Part shown: positions 9,470-17,579 of the stretch, one piece after another
How positions within the stretch are numbered: position 1 is the stretch's first letter
Layout: each line of letters starts with the position of its first letter
NCBI GenBank assembly: GCA_048502435.1
Contig: DBFRXD010000050.1
Location: 667-64,666 of the forward strand
Direction of reading: 5' to 3'
DNA: 64,000 bases
Source of the DNA: Collinsella aerofaciens
Lineage (GTDB): Bacteria; Actinomycetota; Coriobacteriia; Coriobacteriales; Coriobacteriaceae
Position numbers and translations under genes: made by a program
Notes under the pieces: model-generated
Told to the model about the DNA's origin: nothing
The model's input: only the letters and a program-made list of their open reading frames with translations
Database searches by the model: none

Positions 9470-10126
9470 ATGGGCTTCGGGGCAAATATTCGTAAACTCC
9501 GCACCATGGAGCATCTTGGTCAGGCGCAACTTGCAGAGATGTTGGGGGTATCTAAAGAGACCGTTTGTCGTTGGGAAAAAAGTCGGTATGCCCCCCGTGA
9601 GCGCCATATTGAAAAGTTACAAACGCTCTTCGGTTGCACCCGCGATGAACTTGTTGGCGAGGAAAACGGTTTGGCCGTAAAACTCGCAAATAAAAGAATC
9701 GTCACCGACGAAGACCCTGCTATCCACGAAATGGAGGGCGCATTTCCCGTCATCGATATCGAATCGCAAAAGCGCCGCATCACGCACAGCCAACAAAATG
9801 TTTGCGCGCCCGTAGACGTAGCCAAGCGTCACCCACATAGCGTTTTCGTTAAAATCAAAGGTGACGAAATGTCCCGCATTTACCCTCCCGGCAGCTTACT
9901 ACTTGTCGATACCACCGCAAAGCCTTGGAACGGCTGTGCTGTATTGGCGCTCGCAGACGGTAAAACACCGGTAATTAGGCGATTTGCAGAAGGAAACGAC
10001 ATGATTGTGCTGTCGTCCCATTCTTATGCAACAGCAAGTCCGGATCTGATGTTTAACAAACGGAGAATTAGGATCATAGGAGTCGTCGTTTGGTATCAAG
10101 CAAGCCATGATCACACGCTTAATTAA
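9470..10126 (+). CDS. XRE-family HTH transcriptional regulator with a C-terminal S24 (LexA/CI)-like domain
   Basis: ORF 9437..10126. The ATG at 9470 lies 3 nt after the arcA2 stop. The N-terminus IRKLRTMEHLGQAQLAEMLGVSKETVCRWEKS is an XRE HTH. The C-terminus VKIKGDEMSRIYPPGSLLLVD...PVIRRF aligns by eye to the GxSM...KR(L) core of S24 peptidases. Confidence 0.8.
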   Translation: MGFGANIRKLRTMEHLGQAQLAEMLGVSKETVCRWEKSRYAPRERHIEKLQTLFGCTRDELVGEENGLAVKLANKRIVTDEDPAIHEMEGAFPVIDIESQKRRITHSQQNVCAPVDVAKRHPHSVFVKIKGDEMSRIYPPGSLLLVDTTAKPWNGCAVLALADGKTPVIRRFAEGNDMIVLSSHSYATASPDLMFNKRRIRIIGVVVWYQASHDHTLN

Positions 10127-10186
10127 ATCGACTTTCCCAAAAACGACCGTACCGCACAGACAGCTCAAAGCCCCAGCCCAAATGAA

Positions 10187-10768
10187 CTACTTTTTGGCGG
10201 CTTTGCGCTCGTCGCGGATACGGGCGCGGTCCATGGCCGCCTCGATAGCCGAGAAGCGGCAACCACAGTAGTTCTGCCGATACATGCCAAGCTCGCGCGA
10301 ACGGCGTGTCGCCTCGGGGTAATACGGGCGAAAATCGCGAATCACCGGGGTGAGCCCATGTGCCGCCGCCAAGCGCTCAAGCACGTCATTGCAGGTATCG
10401 AACAGCTGGTACGGCGAGACGGCGAGCGTCGTGCCCACAAACTCAAACCCGCGCTCCTGGGCCACGCGGCACGCCTCGGCCAAGCGCAAGGCATAGCACG
10501 CGCGACAGCGACGAGGCCGATCGGCGCCCAGCGGTGCCACGCCGGCCTCCCAGCGCTCGCGGTCCTCCCCCGCCTCGATGAGCTCAATGCCGCCATCGGC
10601 ACACCACCGGCACAGCTCGTCCAAGCGCCGCTGCCATTCATCGCGCGGTTGAATATTGGGGTTGGTCCAGCAAATCGTGGGCTCAAACCCTTCCTCGCGC
10701 AGCAGGCGGACCGGCTCAAGCGAGCACGGCGCACAGCACGCATGCAGCAACAACGGCTTCATCGACAT
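10187..10768 (-). CDS. queH: Epoxyqueuosine reductase QueH (DUF208)
   Basis: ORF 10187..10939. The internal ATG at 10768 follows GGTGAGGAG and gives MSMKPLLLHACCAPCSLEP, with RRCRACYALRL and YCGCRFS Cys motifs typical of QueH. The longer N-terminal extension would overlap the upstream gene. Confidence 0.85.
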   Translation of the reverse strand: MSMKPLLLHACCAPCSLEPVRLLREEGFEPTICWTNPNIQPRDEWQRRLDELCRWCADGGIELIEAGEDRERWEAGVAPLGADRPRRCRACYALRLAEACRVAQERGFEFVGTTLAVSPYQLFDTCNDVLERLAAAHGLTPVIRDFRPYYPEATRRSRELGMYRQNYCGCRFSAIEAAMDRARIRDERKAAKK

Positions 10769-10772
10769 CTCC

Positions 10773-11339
10773 TCACCCAAAAAAGCGCACGCCGAAGGAC
10801 GTATCCTCACAGGCGACAATGCGGCGGTCGCGCAAAATGGTCCGCACGTAATACCAGTCGCCCACACAGCCCGACAAATGCAAGCCGGCCGCCAGGTAGC
10901 ACAGCAGCGGATAGCCCGAGAACGCAAACCCCAGGGCAAACGCTGTCGTCACAACAACCGTCGGCGCCAGGCAAACTGCCACGTACCGCCGGCGCGAATA
11001 CACCACGCCCTCGGCGCAGGCATAGATCATCGCCGTCTCGCGATTCGCCCCAAAGGTCACCTGCGCGCCCGCAGGCGCCAGCAGCTTAAAAAACGCACCG
11101 TGCACCAGCTCGTGCACGGCAAATGACGCCGCCGAAACCGCAGCCAAGCCGACTATCCAGCCCAAGACCGTGGTCCAGCCGCCCGCGTCAGCCGCATCCA
11201 GGTCCGCAGGCCCGCCCAGCAGCATAAACACCGGCACCAGGCACACGGCAAATGCGCCAAGCACCGCCATCCCCCACACAAAGCAGGCGTGCAGAAAATC
11301 CTCGTCCTCAAACGCATGTATGTTGGAAATCTCATTCAT
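10773..11339 (-). CDS. DUF3267-like putative membrane zinc metallopeptidase
   Basis: 188-aa ORF with several hydrophobic segments and an HELVH (HExxH) motif. It ends 4 nt before the queH start. Confidence 0.65.
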   Translation of the reverse strand: MNEISNIHAFEDEDFLHACFVWGMAVLGAFAVCLVPVFMLLGGPADLDAADAGGWTTVLGWIVGLAAVSAASFAVHELVHGAFFKLLAPAGAQVTFGANRETAMIYACAEGVVYSRRRYVAVCLAPTVVVTTAFALGFAFSGYPLLCYLAAGLHLSGCVGDWYYVRTILRDRRIVACEDTSFGVRFFG

Positions 11340-11471
11340 AGCATCTTAGGATAGCGCCCCTGCCACGTACCCGTCCGCATGTGCGATAATGTCGAACGAT
11401 ATGCACGAATTGACCACCGCGTCGCCAGGCCTTGCGCCCGGCCGCGCTCTCACCATATGCGAAGGAGTCCC

Positions 11472-13622
11472 ATGGCATCCAAATACTCCATGAACGACCG
11501 TCCCAGCTGGCCTCGCCGCGCCATCGTTACCGCCGGCGAGCCCTACGGCAACAAGGGCCTTCACTTTGGCCACGTTGGTGGCGTCTTTGTCCCGGCCGAC
11601 TTCTTCGCCCGCTTCCTGCGCGACCGTCTGGGCCGCGAGAACGTCATCTTCACCTCGGGCACCGACTGCTACGGCTCGCCCATCATGGAGAGCTACCGCA
11701 AGCTCAAGGAGAACGAAGGCTACGACAAGTCCATCGGCGAGTATGTCGAGTCCAATCACTCCCGCCAGGCCGCGACCCTCAACAACTACAACATCAGCTG
11801 CGACATCTACGGCGGCTCGGGCCTTGAGCCGGCTGCGCAGATTCACAACGAGGTGACCGCCGAGATTATCAAGCGCCTGCATGAGCAGGGCACCATCTCC
11901 AAGCGCTCCACGCTGCAGTTCTACGACGCCAAGGCCGGCACGTTCCTCAACGGCCGCCAGGTCATCGGCCGCTGCCCCATCCAGGGCTGCAAGTCCGAGA
12001 AGGCTTATGCCGACGAGTGCGACCTGGGTCACCAGTTTGAGCCCGAGGAGCTCATCGCACCCAAGAGCCAGCTCACCGGCGAGGTGCCCGAGCTGCGCCC
12101 GGTCGACAACCTCTACTTCGACCTGCCGGCCTACCTCGACTTTATGAAGACCTACACCGCCAAGCTCGCCCAGAACCCGCAGGTTCGTTCCGTGGTCTCC
12201 AAGACCATGGAGGAGTGGCTGCTGCCGGCACAGCTCTATATTCAGAACAAGTTCCGCGAGGCCTTCGACGCCGTCGAGGACCAGCTGCCCGAGCACACCG
12301 TGCTGGAGCCCGAGGGCAACAAGAGCAGCTTTACCGTCACCTTCCCCAGCTGGAAGGAGCGCGACGACGCCCACGCGGTGCTCGCCAACGGCGGCGTGCG
12401 CTTCCGCAGCGGCAAGGCGCTCGTGCCCTTCCGCATCACCGGCAACATCGACTGGGGCGTTCCGGTGCCCGAGGTCGATGGCGTCTCCGACGTCACCTGC
12501 TGGTGCTGGCCCGAGAGCCTGTGGGCACCCATCAGCTACACCCGCACCGTGCTCGCACGCGATGCCAAGGCCGCCGGCGTGACCGAGGGCGTCGCCGCCC
12601 AAGATGCCGCCCTCATGGGCGAGCCCGCCGCCGATTCCACGCAGGTCCCCGCGCCCGCCTACCAGCACAGCTCGCTCGACTGGCGCGACTGGTGGTGCTC
12701 TGACGACGCTCAGATTTACCAGTTCATCGGTCAGGACAACATCTATTTCTACTGCATCGCGCAGACCGCCATGTGGGAGGCCCTGGGCTGGGACCTCACG
12801 CAGAGCACCGTCAGCGCCTGCTACCACCTGCTCTACATGGGCAAAAAGGCCAGCTCGTCCTCGCAGACGCCTCCCCCGCCGGCAGACGACCTGCTCAACC
12901 ACTACACCTGCGAGCAGATGCGTGCGCACTGGCTGTCGCTCGGCCTGTCCGAGAAGCCGGTGAGCTTTAGCCCCAAGGCATACGACACGCGTGTGACCGG
13001 CAAGGACAAGGACGGCAACGAGGTACGCGCCTGCGACGACAAACGCGTTATCGACCCGGCCCTTAAGGAGAGCGCGCTGCTGACTGGCGTGTTCAACCGT
13101 CTGGCCCGCAGCTGCTTCTACGGCGTCGCCGTCAAGGAAGGCGACGAGAGCCCCTACCGCAACGGCTGCATCCCCGCCGGTGCCGCCTCTGCCGCCGTGG
13201 TCGAGGCTGCCGAGCAGGCAGCTCTCGCCTTTGAGCAGGCCATGTACAAGTTCGAGACGCACCGCGCGCTTGCCGTGTGCGACGACTACCTGCGCGCCGC
13301 CAACAAGCGCTGGAGCGACGCCTCCAAGGCCGCCAACAAGCTCGAGGGCGAGCCGGCCAATGCCGCGATGACGCAGGCCCTCGTCGACGCCTTTACCGAG
13401 CTGCGCGTGGCGACCGTCCTGATGCACGGTATTGTGCCGGCCGGCTGCGAGCTCATCTGTGAGTACTTCGACGTCGACCCGGTCGCTTTCTTTAGCTGGG
13501 ACAACATCTTTGCCTCCACGGACGAGTTCGTGGAGAGCCTGGACGAGAAGCCCGGCGAGCACCGTGTGAAGCCGCTGCCCCCGCGCTTCGACTTCTTTAG
13601 CAAGCACGAGAGCCAGTACTAA
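11472..13622 (+). CDS. metG: Methionine--tRNA ligase (divergent class I aaRS)
   Basis: ORF 11379..13622. The ATG at 11472 follows GAAGGAG. It has a HIGH-like LHFGH, a TGTDCYG motif and a zinc-knuckle region GRCPIQGCKSEKAYADECDLGHQFEPEELIAPKS...LYFDLPAY that parallels the MetRS connective peptide, plus a KMSKS-like GKKASSS. The 770-aa antisense ORF was rejected. Confidence 0.8.
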   Translation: MASKYSMNDRPSWPRRAIVTAGEPYGNKGLHFGHVGGVFVPADFFARFLRDRLGRENVIFTSGTDCYGSPIMESYRKLKENEGYDKSIGEYVESNHSRQAATLNNYNISCDIYGGSGLEPAAQIHNEVTAEIIKRLHEQGTISKRSTLQFYDAKAGTFLNGRQVIGRCPIQGCKSEKAYADECDLGHQFEPEELIAPKSQLTGEVPELRPVDNLYFDLPAYLDFMKTYTAKLAQNPQVRSVVSKTMEEWLLPAQLYIQNKFREAFDAVEDQLPEHTVLEPEGNKSSFTVTFPSWKERDDAHAVLANGGVRFRSGKALVPFRITGNIDWGVPVPEVDGVSDVTCWCWPESLWAPISYTRTVLARDAKAAGVTEGVAAQDAALMGEPAADSTQVPAPAYQHSSLDWRDWWCSDDAQIYQFIGQDNIYFYCIAQTAMWEALGWDLTQSTVSACYHLLYMGKKASSSSQTPPPPADDLLNHYTCEQMRAHWLSLGLSEKPVSFSPKAYDTRVTGKDKDGNEVRACDDKRVIDPALKESALLTGVFNRLARSCFYGVAVKEGDESPYRNGCIPAGAASAAVVEAAEQAALAFEQAMYKFETHRALAVCDDYLRAANKRWSDASKAANKLEGEPANAAMTQALVDAFTELRVATVLMHGIVPAGCELICEYFDVDPVAFFSWDNIFASTDEFVESLDEKPGEHRVKPLPPRFDFFSKHESQY

Positions 13623-13681
13623 AGCACGCCAGCAGCGGCGTGCCCGGAAAGTAGTCAAATTGGGACGGGAAGGAAAGACGG

Positions 13682-14785
13682 ATGTCCAAGCCGCGTCGTC
13701 GTAAGCAGAAAAAGCAGGTTAAGCCCGAGCTCAAGCTTAGGCAGTTTGCCGCCACCGAGCTTTCCGACCAGCTTGCCGCCCTTCCCTGCGCCGCCGACCT
13801 GCCGCGCTTTATGGTCGACACGGTCGCCGGCGACTATGCGCCCGCCGATGCTCACCTCATGATCGAGGGCTTCGGCGCCGCGGCCACACGCCCGGTCACG
13901 CTGCGCGCCAACACGCTCAAGGCGACCGCCGAGGACATCGCTGCGGCGCTCGATGCCGCCGGCATCGCCCACAACCCCGTCGCCTGGTACCCAGACGCCT
14001 TTATCCTGCCCGAGGCCCAGGTTTCCGATCTGTGGGATCTCGACATCTATCGCGACGGCAAGATCTATCTGCAGAGCCTGTCGTCCATGATGCCGCCTTT
14101 GGTGTTGGGCGCCCAGACAGGCGAGGACATCCTGGACATGTGCGCAGCCCCTGGCGGCAAGACGACGCAGATCGCCGCCCTCACCCAGGGCCAGGCACAC
14201 CTCACCGCCTGTGAGATGAGCATCCCCCGCGCCGAAAAGCTCGAGTCGAACCTCCATCGCCAGGGCGCCAAAAACGTGCCCGTCATGCGCATCGACGCAC
14301 GCGAGCTCGACGAGTTCTTCCGCTTTGACCGCATCCTGCTCGACGCTCCCTGCACCGGCACGGGCACCGTCATCAGCGGCAACGAGAAAAGCCTGCGCGG
14401 CCTCACCGAGCAGTTGCTGAGCAAGTGCGCCCGCTCGCAGCGAGCACTTCTGGACCGCGCCATGGGTGCCCTCAAACCGGGCGGCACGCTCGTCTATTCG
14501 ACCTGTTCGATCTTGCCGCAGGAAAACGAGGACGCCCTGCAAGAGGCCCTCGACAAGCACATGGACTGCGAGCTTATCCCCCTCGACGGCACGCCGAGCG
14601 AAAGTGAAACGCGCCGTGCTCAGGAAGCTGGTGAGGAGCCACGCATCGAGTCCAACGCCCTGACCGAGGCCATTGCCGCGGGTCAGGTATCGGCCATCGC
14701 CAACGGCCTGCCCGGCACGCTAACCATTCCGCCCAGCCGCGACTTTGAGGGCTTCTACATTGCCCTGATCCGAAAACGCAGCTAG
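13682..14785 (+). CDS. RsmB/NOP2/Sun-family SAM-dependent RNA m5C methyltransferase
   Basis: 367-aa ORF with DMCAAPGGKTTQIA (SAM binding), LLDAPCTGTG and YSTCS catalytic Cys motifs. Confidence 0.85.
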   Translation: MSKPRRRKQKKQVKPELKLRQFAATELSDQLAALPCAADLPRFMVDTVAGDYAPADAHLMIEGFGAAATRPVTLRANTLKATAEDIAAALDAAGIAHNPVAWYPDAFILPEAQVSDLWDLDIYRDGKIYLQSLSSMMPPLVLGAQTGEDILDMCAAPGGKTTQIAALTQGQAHLTACEMSIPRAEKLESNLHRQGAKNVPVMRIDARELDEFFRFDRILLDAPCTGTGTVISGNEKSLRGLTEQLLSKCARSQRALLDRAMGALKPGGTLVYSTCSILPQENEDALQEALDKHMDCELIPLDGTPSESETRRAQEAGEEPRIESNALTEAIAAGQVSAIANGLPGTLTIPPSRDFEGFYIALIRKRS

Positions 14786-14809
14786 CGCACGGATCCAAAA
14801 CTCAACAAG

Positions 14810-14980
14810 CTATCTCTGTGCGCGTTTGCCCTGCTGGTCGCGATGCTGTTTAAGCATCGCGCGCTCTTTGCGTTCGGCTCTTTTGCCCTTAATGGCCGTG
14901 ACCACAAAGTAGATGACCGCGGCGGCAACGATTGCGGCCACACACAGGCCAATCGAGCCAAACATTGCTGTCAATTCCAT
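14810..14980 (-). CDS. Small (56 aa) single-pass membrane protein, hypothetical
   Basis: Below the ORF-track cutoff. My own translation is MELTAMFGSIGLCVAAIVAAAVIYFVVTAIKGKRAERKERAMLKQHRDQQGKRAQR*. GAGAGGTG lies about 8 nt upstream of the ATG at 14980. It has a hydrophobic N-terminal half and a basic C-terminal half. Confidence 0.4.
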   Translation of the reverse strand: MELTAMFGSIGLCVAAIVAAAVIYFVVTAIKGKRAERKERAMLKQHRDQQGKRAQR

Positions 14981-15171
14981 ACCGCGTCACCTCTCTTTTA
15001 AACGGGACTTTCAAGATAGCACCTCGATACCCGCCACCACAGCTCCTTCACGTTCGCCAGCTCTTCGGTCTAACGGATGGCGCGGCGGGGAAAAATCAAC
15101 TCGTCAAACGATTTAGCATTCGCAATTCCGGCTGCATAGCGCCGGCCGTCATCACATAGAATCGAGCCTCC

Positions 15172-16263
15172 ATGGATACCCTCAACGACCTAAACGAGCG
15201 CGTCGACGCCTTCGTCGGCACCAGCTCCTTCGACACGCCTGCCGCGGCAAACGACCAAGCTCCCATCGATGTGCCCGCCGAGGTTCACGAGGATATCGTC
15301 GCCTCGGTCGATTTCTCCGAGGTCGAGCTCGCAGACGAGTTCACCGAGCCCCAGGTAGCCGTGACCCCCAACGGACTGCTCCCCATGGAGCCGCTGCCCA
15401 TCGACGGGCGTTTGCGCAAGGCGGCCCTCCGCATGCCCGACGAGATCGAGGAGGCCAGCGGCTTTACGCTCTTCGGCCGTCGTATCAAATCGCTCATCTA
15501 CACCACCGATGTCGCGGTTATCCGCAACTCCAACGCCGATGCCGTCTTTGCGGTCTACCCCTTCACGCCGCAGCCCGCCATTACGCAAGCGCTGCTGACC
15601 GTCGCCGAGTGCCCGGTCTTTGTAGGCGTGGGCGGTGGCACCACCACCGGTAAGCGCTCCGTGCAGATGGCAGCCGTCTCCGAGATGCAGGGCGCGGCGG
15701 GCTGCGTGGTCAACTCCCCCGCCACCGCCGAGATGGTCGAGCACATCACCAACATCGCCGACATCCCCGTCATCGCCACGGTCGTTCGTTGCGACGACGA
15801 TGCTCACGCAAAGGTGCGCGCCGGCGCCAAGATCCTCAACATCGCAGCCGGCAAGAACACGCCGCAGGTCCTGCGCGAGCTGCGCGAGCACTATCCCAAC
15901 CTGCCGCTCATCGCGCCGGGCGGCAAGACGTCCGAGAGCATTCGCGAGACCATCGCCGCCGGCGCCAACGCCATCATCTGGACGCCGCCTTCGGCCCAGC
16001 AGCTACAGACCGACATGATGCAGCGTTATCGCAAGATGAAGGAAGACGCCACACCTGTCATCTCGCGCGACGATGTGCCCATTATCGACCAGGTCGCCGC
16101 CGCCGAGGTCAGCCAGGTCGAGAACATGAATCCCGACGTACCGATTCCCGACGAGGTTATCGAGCGCGTCGCTTCGATCCACGAGCGCGTCGAGGAGCAT
16201 CGCGCCAACCGCGGCCTCAAGCCGTCACTGCACGGCTTCTTCTTCCGCGGAAAGAAACGTTAG
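15172..16263 (+). CDS. Hypothetical protein; acidic N-terminal region followed by a probable alpha/beta (TIM-barrel-like) domain
   Basis: 363-aa ORF. Alternating hydrophobic strand / helix pattern with Gly-rich loops (VFVGVGGGTTTGKRS, LIAPGGKTSESIRETIAAGANAIIW). No family confidently recognised. Confidence 0.6.
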   Translation: MDTLNDLNERVDAFVGTSSFDTPAAANDQAPIDVPAEVHEDIVASVDFSEVELADEFTEPQVAVTPNGLLPMEPLPIDGRLRKAALRMPDEIEEASGFTLFGRRIKSLIYTTDVAVIRNSNADAVFAVYPFTPQPAITQALLTVAECPVFVGVGGGTTTGKRSVQMAAVSEMQGAAGCVVNSPATAEMVEHITNIADIPVIATVVRCDDDAHAKVRAGAKILNIAAGKNTPQVLRELREHYPNLPLIAPGGKTSESIRETIAAGANAIIWTPPSAQQLQTDMMQRYRKMKEDATPVISRDDVPIIDQVAAAEVSQVENMNPDVPIPDEVIERVASIHERVEEHRANRGLKPSLHGFFFRGKKR

Positions 16264-16267
16264 CCGC

Positions 16268-16312
16268 AACAGCAAGGCCCGCCCCACAAACAACGGGACG
16301 GGCCTTGCTGTT
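16268..16312. terminator. Bidirectional terminator hairpin between convergent genes
   Basis: AACAGCAAGGCCCG (16268-16281) pairs with CGGGCCTTGCTGTT (16299-16312). It lies between the stops at 16263 (+) and 16369 (-). Confidence 0.6.
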
Positions 16313-16368
16313 ATCGAATGTCAGGAGGGACAGGCGCAGCGGTTAAACTGTCAGCCAGCCCACGAACG

Positions 16369-17259
16369 TTAATCCACGCGCTTGTCGCCCATAAAGAAGA
16401 GCGCCACCGTACCAGGTCCGGTATGCGAGCCAATCAGAGTACCGATGTCATTGATCTCAATCTTGCCTTTAAGCTGCGGGACCTGTTCCTCAATCAGCGT
16501 CGCAACTGCCTCGGCATCCTCGCGGCACGCCGAGTGCGACATGATGCACTTACCCGAATAATCCACACCGTCCTGCACGTGTGCCATCATGGTCTTGGCC
16601 ATCTCGGAAATCGCGCGCTTCTTAGTGCGAATCTTCTCACGTGGCGACAGCTTACCTTCGCAATCGACCGTCATAAGCGGGCAAATCTTAAGCGCCGTGC
16701 CGATGATCGCGCTCGCGGCCGAAATGCGACCGCCGCGCAGGTAGCTCGACAGATCGGTCGAGAAGAACCAGTGGTGCAGGTTGAGCTTGTGCTCCTCGAT
16801 CCAGGCAGCCGTCTCGTCGAGTGAAGCCCCACTATCGCGCACATCGGCGGCATATTCCAACAACAGGCCAAAGCCCGAAGACGCCGCCAGCGAATCGATG
16901 ACGCGCACCTTGCCGCCCTCGGGATAGCGATCCGCAAGCATCTGCGCCGCGACGCAGGCCGATCCATACGTGCCCGAAATACCCGACGACAACGTCAGGT
17001 GCAGCACGTCTTTACCCTCGGCAACAAACGGCTCCCAAAACTCCTCGTACTCACCCACGCTCACCTGAGACGTCTTGGGCATGGCGCCCGCGGCAATCTG
17101 GGCAAAAAACTCGTCCGGCGTAATCGACTGATACAGATCGTCCGTATAGACAACATCGTCGATCTCGTAATGAAAACACACGACAGGGATATTGCGCGAC
17201 GCAAAGAACTCACGGGTTCGATCGGCGGCGGATTCACAGGTCAGGACAAAATCACTCAT
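16369..17259 (-). CDS. DegV-family fatty-acid-binding protein
   Basis: ORF 16369..17277. The ATG at 17259 follows AAGGAG. MSDFVLTCESAADRT...HLTLSSGISGTYGSA...VIDSLAASSGFGLL is typical of DegV. Confidence 0.85.
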   Translation of the reverse strand: MSDFVLTCESAADRTREFFASRNIPVVCFHYEIDDVVYTDDLYQSITPDEFFAQIAAGAMPKTSQVSVGEYEEFWEPFVAEGKDVLHLTLSSGISGTYGSACVAAQMLADRYPEGGKVRVIDSLAASSGFGLLLEYAADVRDSGASLDETAAWIEEHKLNLHHWFFSTDLSSYLRGGRISAASAIIGTALKICPLMTVDCEGKLSPREKIRTKKRAISEMAKTMMAHVQDGVDYSGKCIMSHSACREDAEAVATLIEEQVPQLKGKIEINDIGTLIGSHTGPGTVALFFMGDKRVD

Positions 17260-17579
17260 ATGAGGCTCCTTACTCATTGCTGCGCAAATTATCGCACAGT
17301 GAGCCTACATGCGGTACATATGTCCACTATTTACCAAATCGAACCAAAAATAGTGAACATCTTTACCACCATCGTCTCCACCGACCCGACGCATAAATAT
17401 CTGAGAAAACACCCTCTGTCGTCTCCACCCGACCAACACATCTACCTTCACTAAATCGATTTACCAAACCGTTCAGCCGACAATTCAGCCGCTGGCGCAA
17501 AATCGAAACAAAAGCGGCGCATACTGGTAAACGTTTGACGCTGTTTATCAGTTTTACCAGCCCCATCGGAAGGTGTTTC

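Noticed and set aside
9470-10126. Whether the XRE/S24-like protein could be the LexA that binds the SOS box at 46114.
   Set aside because: The N-terminal domain is an XRE-type HTH rather than the LexA winged helix. The S24 catalytic residues appear substituted, and the gene sits in the lower-GC ADI cassette.
10769-10939. The longer 250-aa version of the queH ORF.
   Set aside because: The extra 57 residues are Cys/Arg/Ala-rich nonsense and overlap the 3' end of the upstream DUF3267 gene. The internal ATG at 10768 has a good RBS and gives the canonical QueH N-terminus.
11346-13658. Very long antisense ORFs opposite clearly recognisable genes. This one (770 aa) lies opposite metG. Others: 599..2314, 2809..4155, 21441..23699, 23724..25781, 38298..39620, 42149..43579, 47273..48784, 52374..54680, 54738..56258, 57551..59221 and 59621..60946.
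   Set aside because: Their translations are Arg/Gly/Ala/Leu/His-rich with no recognisable motifs. Each exactly shadows a gene with strong family signatures on the other strand. Stop-poor antisense frames are expected in roughly 62% GC DNA.
17321-17356. A tRNA-like GGTTCGA T-loop sequence (reverse complement of 17338-17344).
   Set aside because: The surrounding sequence forms only one simple hairpin. It has no acceptor stem, D arm or anticodon arm, and I found no tRNA in the window.
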